NCBI GenBank assembly: GCA_025450075.1
Contig: JANWIC010000011.1
Span: 902-64,901 of the forward strand
Length of the DNA: 64,000 bases
From: Patescibacteria group bacterium
Lineage (GTDB): Bacteria > Patescibacteriota > Dojkabacteria > JAKAPS01
Direction of reading: 5' to 3'
The notes below the pieces were generated by a model. That model had not been told where the DNA came from. It worked only from the letters and a program-made list of their open reading frames with translations, and did no database searches. A program made the position numbers and the translations under genes. Positions 26,755 through 36,882 of this stretch are shown in pieces (positions within the stretch are counted from its first letter, which is position 1; the number at the start of each line of letters is the position of its first letter).

Positions 26755-29577
26755 TTATGCTAATTTAGAAATCCTTGCCTCATGAACAGGCGAATGGATT
26801 TCTCCACATTTCTTGTATTTTAATCCTGAGCCGCATGGGCATGGGTCATTTCTACCTATCTTGCCAGTTGATTTTATTGGAGCAGAATTTCCGCTCGGTC
26901 TGTTAGTGATGAATTGTTTTTGTACATTTTGTGGTTCCCCGCCTTTGAGAATAGCTTCAATTTGAGCTTCATTGGTAATTTGTATCTCAGGAGCAATATT
27001 TTGCTGTACAACTTCAAGGTTAAAAAGATGTAATACAATTTCTGCCTCCACGGTAGCAATGAAGTTTTCAAATAACAGGTAAGCCTGGTTTTTGTATTCG
27101 ACAAGCGGATCGCGTTGGGAATATTGAGATAATCCGACAGTTTCTTTCAATGATTCAATTGCATCAAGATGCTCCATCCATAAGATATCGATTACACGAA
27201 GCATATCCTGCTTGTTTTTTTCCACAAAAATCTGAGGAGTAAAGACTGTTTCACAAAGGTTGTATGCTTCGTCTAGAAGGAATCTTGTTTGTTCTTTTAA
27301 CTTATCAGTTGATAATTTTTTTGTTCCCAGCAACAGAAGTTTTTCCCATTCTTCATGGTTTGTTCCAGCTGCTTCAAAAATTTTTGCAAGCAAACTTGTT
27401 GGGATAACCAATGCAAAATCTTTCATAAACGAAGTAAATGATTCATCATCAATCTCACCATACGCTGCATGTTCATCTATCATCCTTTCAACCTGAGCTT
27501 GCGCTTTATCAAGAATATATTCTCTTCTCTCTTCGGATATTTTTTCATTAATTACTTCATTGTTAAACAAGGTAAGAATAAACCTTCTTCGTTTATATAT
27601 GATTTCTCTTTGCGTATTTAATACATCATCATATTCAACAAGCTGTTTACGTCTGTCAAAATTTAAGTTTTCAACCTTTTTTTGTGCAGATTCTATTTGA
27701 CGGGAGAAAATCGAAAATTCTAAAGGAATATTTTCATCAAATTTTAGGCTATTCATTATTGATGCTACTCGAGCTCCTCCAAAGATTCGCATTAAATTAT
27801 CCTCTAGAGAAATATAGAAACGGCTTTCACCCGGATCTCCCTGTCGGCCTGCACGACCACGTAACTGGTTATCAATTCGACGAGATTCATGTCTTTCCGT
27901 ACCAATAATTGCAAGACCTCCAATTTCTTTCACCCCTTCACCTAATGTAATATCGGTTCCACGTCCTGCCATATTAGTTGAAATGGTAATCTGTCCTTTT
28001 TCACCTGCATGGCTAATAATTTCTGCTTCCTTTTCATGATATTTTGCATTTAGTACCTGGTGTTCCAACCCTTCCCGACGAAGAAGTTCTGATAATATTT
28101 CTGACCTTTCAACCGAAATGGTACCTACCAATACAGGTTGACCTTTCTCATGCCTTTCCTTAATTTCATCAATAACATGTCGGAATTTTGCCGATTCTGA
28201 TTTATAAACAACATCATTATGGTCTTTTCGAATAAGTGTCTTATGAGGAGGGATGACAATAACATCGATGCTATAAATTTTTGCAAATTCTTCTGCCTCA
28301 GTCAAAGCAGTTCCTGTCATACCTGCAAGAATCGGGTAGAGCCTGAAAAGATTTTGGAAAGTAATTGTTGCAAGAGTCCTTGATTCTTCCTGGATATGGA
28401 CACCTTCTTTTGCCTCAATTGCCTGATGGATTCCTTCAGCAAATCGTCTACCTTCCATAAGTCGACCAGTGAATTCGTCAACAATAAGGACCTGGTCATC
28501 TTTGACAATATATTCAGAACCATTTTTAAATAGCTCTTTTGCAGATAATGCATTTTCCAGATGGTGTGCAAGCAAAAAATCTTCCCATAAATTCTTTACA
28601 TTTAATATTTTCTCAACAGTATCAATTCCTGAATCAGTAATGACCACTCTTCTATCTTTTTCGTTTACTGTATAATGCTCATCTTTATTAAGTTGTATTA
28701 CGATCTGAGCAAAAGTTGCATAAAGGTCATTTGATTGTTGTGCAGGTGAAGAAATAATTAAAGGTGTTCGGGATTCATCAATAAGGATAGAATCAGCTTC
28801 ATCGACAATACAAAAGAATAATGAACGCATAACCATGTCCTGAAGATGCATACTCATGTTATCCCGCAGATAATCAAATCCCAATTCATTATTCGTACAA
28901 TAAGTGATGTCACATGCATATGCTTCTTTTTTACTGCAGGGGACGAGATGCAATCCATGCATCTGGTTCAATCTAGGCTGTGATTTTGCATCTTTTTCAA
29001 TCTCATCTTCACTAACTATTCCTGTTAAATCTTTTACGAATTTAAATCCTCCCGCTGATGTGACAACGCCGGTACTCAATCCCAATGCATGATAAATATA
29101 TCCACACCATTCTCCATCACGTCTTGCAAGATAATCGTTCACCGTTACCATATGTGCACCCTTTTTGAGTAATGCATAAAGTACCATTGGAAGTGTTGCA
29201 ACTAGTGTTTTTCCTTCTCCTGTTCCAAGTTCAATTAATCTTCCTTCAAAAAGAGCAATCCCACCCATTAACTGCACATCAAAGTGCCTGTGAGATGCAA
29301 CAAGGTCTGCCGCTTTTCGTACATATGAAAATGTTTGGGGAATCAAAGTTTTTAATACTGATTGGATAGTTTCAACATCTTCTTTAGAAAAGGAATCTTT
29401 TTCCAAAATATCTTTCAAATTTTGTAAAACTTCCTTTTGCAATTTCTCTGTTTTTTTTGGAAGGTTGTCAAGAGTCAGCTTCTTATCATCAATCGCATTG
29501 ATTTCAGAAACAATCTTTGCTATTCTTCGTATTTGTTTATCGTTTGAATCTAAAATTTTTGAAAAAATATTTACCAT
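26755..29577 (-). CDS. secA: Preprotein translocase ATPase SecA
   Basis: 940 aa. DEAD-like motor motifs (MGGIALFEGRLIELGTGEGKT, DEADSILIDE). C-terminal zinc finger GRNDPCPCGSGLKYKKCGEIH. Confidence 0.95.
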   Translation of the reverse strand: MVNIFSKILDSNDKQIRRIAKIVSEINAIDDKKLTLDNLPKKTEKLQKEVLQNLKDILEKDSFSKEDVETIQSVLKTLIPQTFSYVRKAADLVASHRHFDVQLMGGIALFEGRLIELGTGEGKTLVATLPMVLYALLKKGAHMVTVNDYLARRDGEWCGYIYHALGLSTGVVTSAGGFKFVKDLTGIVSEDEIEKDAKSQPRLNQMHGLHLVPCSKKEAYACDITYCTNNELGFDYLRDNMSMHLQDMVMRSLFFCIVDEADSILIDESRTPLIISSPAQQSNDLYATFAQIVIQLNKDEHYTVNEKDRRVVITDSGIDTVEKILNVKNLWEDFLLAHHLENALSAKELFKNGSEYIVKDDQVLIVDEFTGRLMEGRRFAEGIHQAIEAKEGVHIQEESRTLATITFQNLFRLYPILAGMTGTALTEAEEFAKIYSIDVIVIPPHKTLIRKDHNDVVYKSESAKFRHVIDEIKERHEKGQPVLVGTISVERSEILSELLRREGLEHQVLNAKYHEKEAEIISHAGEKGQITISTNMAGRGTDITLGEGVKEIGGLAIIGTERHESRRIDNQLRGRAGRQGDPGESRFYISLEDNLMRIFGGARVASIMNSLKFDENIPLEFSIFSRQIESAQKKVENLNFDRRKQLVEYDDVLNTQREIIYKRRRFILTLFNNEVINEKISEERREYILDKAQAQVERMIDEHAAYGEIDDESFTSFMKDFALVIPTSLLAKIFEAAGTNHEEWEKLLLLGTKKLSTDKLKEQTRFLLDEAYNLCETVFTPQIFVEKNKQDMLRVIDILWMEHLDAIESLKETVGLSQYSQRDPLVEYKNQAYLLFENFIATVEAEIVLHLFNLEVVQQNIAPEIQITNEAQIEAILKGGEPQNVQKQFITNRPSGNSAPIKSTGKIGRNDPCPCGSGLKYKKCGEIHSPVHEARISKLA

Positions 29578-29623
29578 TTCTTAAAAAATAATGACAGTCC
29601 ATTATATATCATAAACCCGAAAA

Positions 29624-29929
29624 TTACATGGCATCAAGATCTCCACCCCAGGAAACTATTAAATCTACTACGTCAGCATTCGTTGTATCTTTTAACCAAT
29701 TGATACTTGAAAGTCTAATTTTATCAGGTAAAGGTTGATTAGTATCACCGTATATAATTACAGTACCATTTTTAGTTTCCATTCCCCAAGCTATTACTAC
29801 TCCATTATCATTTTTCAGTTGTATAACATCTACATATCCAAGCTCTTTCAAAGGGATAAGAACTGTATTTATAAAATCTTGGCATGTACATGTTGATGAA
29901 GACTCATTATCTAAGATCATTTGTTCCAT
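29624..29929 (-). CDS. Hypothetical small protein (101 aa)
   Basis: ORF with coding-like composition between secA and the HD hydrolase. No recognisable motif. Confidence 0.3.
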   Translation of the reverse strand: MEQMILDNESSSTCTCQDFINTVLIPLKELGYVDVIQLKNDNGVVIAWGMETKNGTVIIYGDTNQPLPDKIRLSSINWLKDTTNADVVDLIVSWGGDLDAM

Positions 29930-29977
29930 AGGAAAAATTGATTATGTGTTTGTATAGTAGCACAATTGGAAAAGATG

Positions 29978-30517
29978 TCAAATACCAAGTATTTCCCTAT
30001 TAGCTTTCAGGGCATCTATCACATGTTGCATGTGATCTTCGAGTATAATACCTAAAAGTTCTGCTCCTTTAGCCATATCTTCTCTTGAAACGGCTTTTGC
30101 AAATCCTTTATCTTTAAATTTCTTTTTTACACTTGATACTTCCAATCCATCTATAGTCTTTCCCGGACGGACCAAAACACAAGCATATACGAATCCTGAT
30201 AATTCATCGCATGCAAAAAGAGCTTTATCCAATTTTGATTCTATCCTATCTGTATATTTATGTGCTGCAATTGCATGTATCATTGCAGAATTTTCACCTT
30301 TTTGCGAAAGGATTTCAAGACATTTGTCCGGATGGATATCCGGATATTTCTCATAGTCCAAATCATGGAGAAGTCCCGTAATTTCCCATACTTTTTCATC
30401 TTCTGAAAACAGTTTTGCGTATTCTTTCATCGAAGCTGCAACGCATAAACAATGAGTTTTTAGGCTTTCTGATGATAAATATTCGTTTAGTAAAGTTTTC
30501 GCTTCATTATATGTCAT
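29978..30517 (-). CDS. HD-superfamily hydrolase (small, about 180 aa, COG2316/YqeK-like)
   Basis: HCLCVAASMKEYA...GLLHDLDYEKYPD is an H...HD motif arrangement. Confidence 0.6.
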   Translation of the reverse strand: MTYNEAKTLLNEYLSSESLKTHCLCVAASMKEYAKLFSEDEKVWEITGLLHDLDYEKYPDIHPDKCLEILSQKGENSAMIHAIAAHKYTDRIESKLDKALFACDELSGFVYACVLVRPGKTIDGLEVSSVKKKFKDKGFAKAVSREDMAKGAELLGIILEDHMQHVIDALKANREILGI

Positions 30518-30975
30518 TGAATATCGATAATTTTGTATTTATTGATTCCTGTAGGGATACTTACCTGAACAATTTCATCTTTCTTCTTTCCTATTAATGC
30601 TTTTCCAAGAGGTGATTCATTTGATATCGCGTGGTTAAGCGGATCCGCATCAACCGGTCCAACAATTTTGAAAATGACTTTTTTAGAATGACCAATTCCT
30701 TTTAATACGACAGTTGAACCTAAACGAACTTTTCCCGATTTTCTTTCTTTTATAATGCTGGCATTTTCGAGTACTTCTTCAATCTCATCAATTTTTTCTT
30801 CAAGGTTAGCCTGTTCTAACAAGACATCTGCATAGGATGAGTCTTCACTTAGGTCGACAGAGTCCCTGTATTGACTGAGCTTGTCAGCAATTACTTTCCT
30901 ATCGATAAGTTTCAAGTTCTTAACCTCTTGTTTTAAGGATTTGAACTTTTCTAATGTTATAAATACTTTTTTCAC
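30514..30975 (-). CDS. greA: Transcription elongation factor GreA (paralog 1)
   Basis: 153 aa. N-terminal coiled coil with DLSED acidic tip. C-terminal FKBP-like domain (VVLKGIGHSKKVIFKIVGP...SPLGKALIGKKKDEIV). GTG start with RBS GAGG. Confidence 0.8.
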   Translation of the reverse strand: MKKVFITLEKFKSLKQEVKNLKLIDRKVIADKLSQYRDSVDLSEDSSYADVLLEQANLEEKIDEIEEVLENASIIKERKSGKVRLGSTVVLKGIGHSKKVIFKIVGPVDADPLNHAISNESPLGKALIGKKKDEIVQVSIPTGINKYKIIDIQ

Positions 30976-31001
30976 CCTCGATATACAAGATAGAAATGGG
31001 G

Positions 31002-31478
31002 CTATTCGACTTTCTCAATAACGAATTCAACATTTCCTGAAGGGATATGTACTTTTACGACATCTCCTTCTTTCTTGCCGATTAGGGATTTCCCGAGGGG
31101 GGATTTATCGGAAATCCAGCTTTTTTCAGGATCAGATTCTTCTGCCCCTACAATTTTATATTTAACAACTCCTTTTCCATTTTTTAAATGGACGAGAGAT
31201 CCGAGAGAAACAATTCCCCTTACAGAATCTTTTACTACAACGCTATTATGTATCAATCCTTCAAGCTCTTCAATTCGTGCTTCATTAAAGTTCTTTTCTT
31301 CCATTGCAGAAGAATATGCATTGTTTTCAGATAAGTCACCGAATCTTCTTGCTTCATCTATTTTTGTAGCAATTTCATTTCTGGCAACTGTAGTCCGCTC
31401 TTCATACTCTTTTTTCAAAAGATCTAAGCCTTCTTTAGTAATATAACTGGTTGTACTATTTTTTATTCCTTTTTTCAT
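31002..31478 (-). CDS. greA: Transcription elongation factor GreA (paralog 2)
   Basis: 158 aa. RRFGDLSENNAYSSAMEE (catalytic D/E tip). C-terminal SPLGKSLIGKKEGDVVKV. Confidence 0.85.
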   Translation of the reverse strand: MKKGIKNSTTSYITKEGLDLLKKEYEERTTVARNEIATKIDEARRFGDLSENNAYSSAMEEKNFNEARIEELEGLIHNSVVVKDSVRGIVSLGSLVHLKNGKGVVKYKIVGAEESDPEKSWISDKSPLGKSLIGKKEGDVVKVHIPSGNVEFVIEKVE

Positions 31479-31523
31479 TTTAAACTATATAAAAATACAT
31501 ATCCGTTGATATGATTTGACTGA

Positions 31524-31533
31524 TTATACCAAA
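31524..31533 (-). promoter_or_regulatory. Extended -10 promoter (TGGTATAAT) upstream of greA paralog 2
   Basis: Minus-strand TTTTTTTGGTATAAT, about 45 nt upstream of the start codon. Confidence 0.4.
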
Positions 31534-31588
31534 AAAATCGAATTAGTACACTAACCTCGATTATCCCGTTAATGAAGGAAGAATTACC

Positions 31589-32041
31589 CTAAAAGCCAAG
31601 GATTCGAATTCGTCGGTTACGTACTCGTTTCCCCCGTTTCCTTTTAGGAGGAGTGATGTATGCATGCCAATATTTCCTCATCCATTGCTTGCTTTTTTCA
31701 TGAATCTCGCCAAGTCCCCGAAGCTCCATTTCTTTTTGAATAATACCACCCTGATGGGGATATTTAAATGTTTTTTTCATTTTAGAACTAAAACCATGGA
31801 TATAATGGATGAGCTCATGGGCAATTGTCTCATGGACCACATACTCAGGAACTGATTCATCCATAAAAATACCCGTAATCGTTATCCTGCTGATAGAATC
31901 ATCAACAAGGACGATTGAGCCTAACCTTCTTCCTGATTTCCTTCCGAAGCGGATGAGGATTGGATTACTTTTCGTGACATCTGAAAAATGTTGTTCCCAG
32001 ATGGATACTAATGTATCGTCAAGCCATTTGGCGTCTCGCAT
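31589..32041 (-). CDS. DUF45/SprT-like zinc metallopeptidase-fold protein
   Basis: 150 aa. HETIAHELIHYIHG (HExxH). Confidence 0.5.
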   Translation of the reverse strand: MRDAKWLDDTLVSIWEQHFSDVTKSNPILIRFGRKSGRRLGSIVLVDDSISRITITGIFMDESVPEYVVHETIAHELIHYIHGFSSKMKKTFKYPHQGGIIQKEMELRGLGEIHEKSKQWMRKYWHAYITPPKRKRGKRVRNRRIRILGF

Positions 32042-32100
32042 GGGAAACTTGATTAATCACCCAAATTATACTACAGTATATATGAAAAATATATTCATCT

Positions 32101-32472
32101 ATGGAAACAGAAGAAAAACAAATTAAAACTATGCCCCACACTCTTACAAGAGGAATTGGGAAATTTGTTAATAAAGATGAAGGGATAAGTTTGAATATGC
32201 GGATTGTCATCATTATCTGTATTTTCTCATTAATTCTTGTTACGATCGGTACTATTATTCTTCTTAATTCATATAATCCGAAAGCAAAAACACTGAATAG
32301 CTACCAAGTGAAAAAGACAACATCTATTAAGACTGCATTAAAAAATGATATTGTTCTTCCCACTGATTTCACGAAGTCCAGCTTATATGATTTTGAATCG
32401 CAAACCGCTGGCTATACACAAAACCTGAATAAAGACGAACAGGAATACGAACAGATCCAACAATTACAATAA
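32101..32472 (+). CDS. Hypothetical membrane-anchored protein
   Basis: 123 aa. One TM helix (IIICIFSLILVTIGTIILL). Confidence 0.35.
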   Translation: METEEKQIKTMPHTLTRGIGKFVNKDEGISLNMRIVIIICIFSLILVTIGTIILLNSYNPKAKTLNSYQVKKTTSIKTALKNDIVLPTDFTKSSLYDFESQTAGYTQNLNKDEQEYEQIQQLQ

Positions 32473-32475
32473 AGC

Positions 32476-33138
32476 ATGAAAAAACTGCCAGTTATTGCAC
32501 TCGTTTTAATTATACTTATTCTTCCTTTTTCCGTCCATGCTTCAGTTCTCTCCGGATCTGATATGATCCAAAAAAGAATGACGGATATAAATTCTTTTAT
32601 AACTGACTATAAAGCAAATACTACATTTGTAAGTTCATCAGATGCACAGCAGATTGAATCACAGTATCAAAGCCTGCTAGCTTCCTTAACCATTATTCAG
32701 GCAAATATAGCAAAAGATAGCGGTGCTAATCTTTCGGATGATATAGATGCCATAAATAAATTAATGGTATATGAAATTAGGCTTCCTCAACTATATAGTG
32801 AACTGTATATATCCAAAGCTTCCTACTTGTATACTAAGTTCGACTTATTTGACAAGAATATTCTCCCGGGGGTTGTCCAAACAATTTCAAAAGAATCCTA
32901 CCAGCAGGGCCTAACTTTATCCAATACTTTCTCTCAAACAATGAGCGATGCACTGATTGAAATACAAAATGTTCGGACTGATTATTTGACCATTGCCCAA
33001 ATACAATCAACAAAAACAGGAGCTGATCTGATAGCTTCTTCAAAAAACATCTTTAAAGATATCCAAACAAGACAAAAAGCATTACTGGCAGATTTCAACG
33101 TTTGTAATACCTCCCTTACCCAGCTTGCTAGCCTGTAA
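32476..33138 (+). CDS. Hypothetical secreted protein
   Basis: 220 aa. N-terminal signal peptide (MKKLPVIALVLIILILPFSVHASV). Confidence 0.4.
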   Translation: MKKLPVIALVLIILILPFSVHASVLSGSDMIQKRMTDINSFITDYKANTTFVSSSDAQQIESQYQSLLASLTIIQANIAKDSGANLSDDIDAINKLMVYEIRLPQLYSELYISKASYLYTKFDLFDKNILPGVVQTISKESYQQGLTLSNTFSQTMSDALIEIQNVRTDYLTIAQIQSTKTGADLIASSKNIFKDIQTRQKALLADFNVCNTSLTQLASL

Positions 33139-33949
33139 TAGTAAATAGACTGTCAATTCCATCATAAACTCCGAAAAACAACTTCTTTAGATTCCAGACA
33201 AAGGAAGTATCCGTTTCGAGTTTCGTTTGTGTGAAAGTGATGCATGCAACATCACCATCCATCTCATAAAAATCTCCAGCTGCTGTAAAATTGCCAAAAA
33301 CAGGGGGGTCAAATGCTGCATTCTTTATAGCAGCAACTTTACCAGTTTTAAACAAATCATTTGCCACACGATCTCTCTCAAAATCGAGTATTCCTGATGT
33401 ATGGTGGGTTGGAACATGCGAAGATTGATCAACAATAATTCCGTTATCATAAGAAGCTGCAGCAATCCATATATCATTCCCTTGATACGCATTTCCGGTG
33501 TCCCATAACCTGATATGATCCCGAAACCGGACATCCTTTCCAGGAAATTCAAATGCTAAGTCTTCTTTTCTTCCATATTCATAAAGATTACTTATGGGAG
33601 CTGTAGGATAGGACTTGTGAAGCAGACTATCAATGATTATTTTTTTAGATGAATTAAAAGTAATCGGGTCAGGAACTTTCCAATGAGCTGCTAAAAATGT
33701 TTGAGTTATTTCATTTTTTGATCCGAATATCAGGATGTTTATAGGATCCGCATGAGCAGAATTTTCACTTGTCCCATTTAGTGTATATCGCGGTAAATTG
33801 GAAAAGATATATGTATAATGATAAATTTTTATAAGGAAATAATTTTCAAAGATAAAAATGGTAAAACAAGTAAGGATAATTACAAAGGCAATACTTAATT
33901 TTGTAATGTGATGTCTTGTTGATCTCATATTATTCAGTCTAGCAGTCAT
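33128..33949 (-). CDS. Membrane-anchored hypothetical protein, LssY_C-like
   Basis: 273 aa. N-terminal TM helix. The HIRLWDTG segment is reminiscent of LssY C-terminal domain proteins. Weak assignment. Confidence 0.35.
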   Translation of the reverse strand: MTARLNNMRSTRHHITKLSIAFVIILTCFTIFIFENYFLIKIYHYTYIFSNLPRYTLNGTSENSAHADPINILIFGSKNEITQTFLAAHWKVPDPITFNSSKKIIIDSLLHKSYPTAPISNLYEYGRKEDLAFEFPGKDVRFRDHIRLWDTGNAYQGNDIWIAAASYDNGIIVDQSSHVPTHHTSGILDFERDRVANDLFKTGKVAAIKNAAFDPPVFGNFTAAGDFYEMDGDVACITFTQTKLETDTSFVWNLKKLFFGVYDGIDSLFTITG

Positions 33950-34155
33950 TTACTTAGCAAGCAATAGGGGTAATGGAAAAAAGAAAAGAAAAATATGAAA
34001 TATTAAGAATTAGCTCTTTGGTTGGAATATTATGATACAAACTAGTCTCATATGCTTCAACTCAATATGCTTACACCTACTTGTTTAGTACTAGATTTGA
34101 TATGAAGAAATAGAATATTCTCAGTTATTAATAAATTAAATCTGTTTTCTTGCAC

Positions 34156-34803
34156 TTAATAAAAAATACAGTCATCTGGAGTAGCAATTACTAGACATTT
34201 AGCCATTTGATTTAATTCAATAACATTACTATCCGGAGTAATTGGCCCTGAAAAGAATTCAAAAGGAAGAGGATGTGGAAGTATCCGAATACCCCCTATA
34301 TTTTGTGCACTAACCATAAAGCTAAAACATACTTGTGCTTCAGGTGTTTCACCATAATATACAGAATACATTTTAACTATCCATTCATATGGAATTGAAG
34401 TATATGGAGGTGTTATATTGAAAGTAGCATTTGTTATGACTAACGATCGTATTGCATTTTTATCCATAAAGCATTTCAATTCCCCATCATAATCTCCTAA
34501 AATACCATCCAAATCGACAATAGCAGTATTTTCTTTAGAAATACTTGCCCCTCGGGGAAAATCAAGCATACGAGTGAATGCAAAATATAAACCGAAAACT
34601 GAAATGCCTGTCTTTGATTTCAGTTCCCTTTCCAATTCCTTACCTCCGCTAGTTCCACTAAATTTTTGTAATAAGAATGTAACGAATTCGTCTGATATTT
34701 CGTGTCTATCCAAATGAGAATCAATGAAAGCTTGTAATCCTCCTTGTTCTTCTATAAATGCATCCCAAAAAGAATTATTATCTGAAAAGTTTTCTGAAGT
34801 CAT
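34156..34803 (-). CDS. Hypothetical protein (215 aa)
   Basis: ORF with coding-like composition. No recognisable motif. Confidence 0.35.
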   Translation of the reverse strand: MTSENFSDNNSFWDAFIEEQGGLQAFIDSHLDRHEISDEFVTFLLQKFSGTSGGKELERELKSKTGISVFGLYFAFTRMLDFPRGASISKENTAIVDLDGILGDYDGELKCFMDKNAIRSLVITNATFNITPPYTSIPYEWIVKMYSVYYGETPEAQVCFSFMVSAQNIGGIRILPHPLPFEFFSGPITPDSNVIELNQMAKCLVIATPDDCIFY

Positions 34804-34886
34804 AATTATTATGAAAAATGTAGAATTTATTCCTCAAAATATAAGAAAAACACAGGCTTTGGGGGAATTAAAAGCATTTTTCAATA

Positions 34887-34959
34887 TGACCCTACCGGGA
34901 TTCGAACCCGGATTGTTGGAATGAGAATCCAATGTCCTAAACCATTAGACGATAGGGCC
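34887..34959 (-). tRNA. tRNA-Glu (anticodon CUC)
   Basis: Cloverleaf folds cleanly: acceptor GGCCCUA/UAGGGUC, T-loop UUCGAAU with a 5-bp GC stem, anticodon stem UUGGA/UCCAA and loop UUCUCAU. No encoded CCA. A TATAAT box lies about 13 nt upstream. Confidence 0.8.
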
Positions 34960-35053
34960 TAAAGTACGGTAATTATACTAAGATTGCAGCAATTAGTACA
35001 GTATTGTCTCTCTTTGATGAATTTGTGTACAATGGGGTATATAACAGGCCCAG

Positions 35054-36064
35054 ATGATTAAAGATTTTTTTCTACCAACAGCATCAAATAAATATTATCC
35101 ATTAAGCTTACAACCTCATTTTTTGTATACGTATCTAGTATTTATGGTTATCTTTAATCTGTTTGCGGGTAGATTTCTTTCAGATTTTCCAGCCAGTGTT
35201 CTTGCCCAAAGTACATATTCGGGAAGCGATATTATCAGTCTTGCAAATCAGGATAGATTAGGAGTAGGTCTCACTTCATTAACTGAAAACCAGCTTCTTG
35301 ATAATGCAGCAAGTGCAAAAGCCACGGATATGCTGAAGTATCAATATTGGGCTCATGACAATCCAACTACAGGTGCAACACCATGGTCCTTTATCGTTGC
35401 AAGTGGCTACAGCTATCACTTTGCAGGAGAAAACCTTGCACAAGGGTTCACCACTGCTGCTGATGTCAACACTGCATGGATGAATAGTCCAGAGCATAAA
35501 GCAAATATCTTAAATTCAAATTATACAGAAATTGGTGTGGCTGTTGTAGATGGAGTATTACTTGGCGGGGATGTAACTCTTGTCGTTGAAATGTTCGGAA
35601 CTCCAAATCCAGTTGTTCAACCAACTGCAATTCCTGCGGCAATTATCCAACCTCCAACCGAAACACCAACAACCACCTCGATTCCACTTGTGCATATTCC
35701 TGCGTATGTAACATCCACTCCAACGCCTACATTAACAGAAACAACGACTCTCTCACCAACATTTACTGTCATACCAACTCAGGTTAACAAAACAGTAAAA
35801 GTAGCGTATAATCAAACGAAGAAGGCACAGCAACCAAAAGTTGTCGAGAATATAACGACAAAAATTGAAGGGATGAAATTTACGAATAGAGTAAATTTAT
35901 TTGTAGGAGTATTTCTTCTTATTATTTTTGCATTGGATGCGCTGTACTATTACAGGGTAAGAAATATTCATAAAAATAACAGGCCGAATTCTATTGCTCA
36001 TCTGCCATTACTGATTTTATTAATCATGATGTGCATAATGGGAGCTACTGGAGTAACAATCTAA
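35054..36064 (+). CDS. CAP/SCP/PR-1-like (YkwD-type) secreted protein with a Thr/Pro-rich linker and C-terminal TM anchor
   Basis: 336 aa. CAP signature region YWAHDNP...HFAGENLAQG...WMNSPEHKANIL...YTEIGVAVV. TPT repeats. C-terminal hydrophobic helix. Confidence 0.65.
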   Translation: MIKDFFLPTASNKYYPLSLQPHFLYTYLVFMVIFNLFAGRFLSDFPASVLAQSTYSGSDIISLANQDRLGVGLTSLTENQLLDNAASAKATDMLKYQYWAHDNPTTGATPWSFIVASGYSYHFAGENLAQGFTTAADVNTAWMNSPEHKANILNSNYTEIGVAVVDGVLLGGDVTLVVEMFGTPNPVVQPTAIPAAIIQPPTETPTTTSIPLVHIPAYVTSTPTPTLTETTTLSPTFTVIPTQVNKTVKVAYNQTKKAQQPKVVENITTKIEGMKFTNRVNLFVGVFLLIIFALDALYYYRVRNIHKNNRPNSIAHLPLLILLIMMCIMGATGVTI

Positions 36065-36065
36065 T

Positions 36066-36878
36066 ATGGGAACTAATTTTGAAAAATATCATAGTGTAAT
36101 ATTTTCTCTTGTTAGTGCAATAGGATTGGAACTGATTGCAATCTTTTATACTTTTCAGGGAATTAACAGCTTTATCATTCTTACGGTACTTTTTTTTATG
36201 GTATTCGTTATTGAAAGCTATTTCAGTTATCAATATGCAAGCCAGCTTAAATCAAAACTTCCTCTTCCCCATCTAGTAGATGAAATTAAGCATATCCATA
36301 TTAGCCATCATATACTCCTTCCCTTTTTGCTTTATTCAAGTATCTGCGCATTCATATTTTTTAATGGAATGCTCTTTCAAACCCAACTAATTATTTTCAT
36401 TGGGATGCTGACGTTCTTCTCCATTTTTGAAGGACAAAGAACAAGTTTTCGAAAAGAATTTATATTTGATGAGCCATTACACTATATTTACGACTCAATA
36501 AAAATTATCATATATTTTTTGGGAATTGATTGCATAATTCAAGGCTCAATATATTTTTCTTGGAATCAACTAATATTTTTTATTCTTTCAGAGGTTCTCG
36601 CATTTACTTTATTCCTTCTTATCATTGTCAGGAAATCACAATTTAACAGTATCGGCATGCTCTATATTTTTGCTGCCTCTGTTCTCATTTCCCTGGTTAC
36701 ACTTACACTTATGCCACATGTTACTATCGCGACTGCAGCTATTCTCTCATCAGTCTTGTATTATTTACTAGTGGGATTGATTCATCATAAGATAAATGCA
36801 TCACTTACCGCAGCTGTCATTAGCGAATATGTGATTATTGCACTCATTGTAATACTCGCAGTAAAGGGAATTTCCTAA
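36066..36878 (+). CDS. Polytopic integral membrane protein, hypothetical
   Basis: 270 aa, about eight predicted TM helices. Confidence 0.4.
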   Translation: MGTNFEKYHSVIFSLVSAIGLELIAIFYTFQGINSFIILTVLFFMVFVIESYFSYQYASQLKSKLPLPHLVDEIKHIHISHHILLPFLLYSSICAFIFFNGMLFQTQLIIFIGMLTFFSIFEGQRTSFRKEFIFDEPLHYIYDSIKIIIYFLGIDCIIQGSIYFSWNQLIFFILSEVLAFTLFLLIIVRKSQFNSIGMLYIFAASVLISLVTLTLMPHVTIATAAILSSVLYYLLVGLIHHKINASLTAAVISEYVIIALIVILAVKGIS

Positions 36879-36882
36879 CTAA

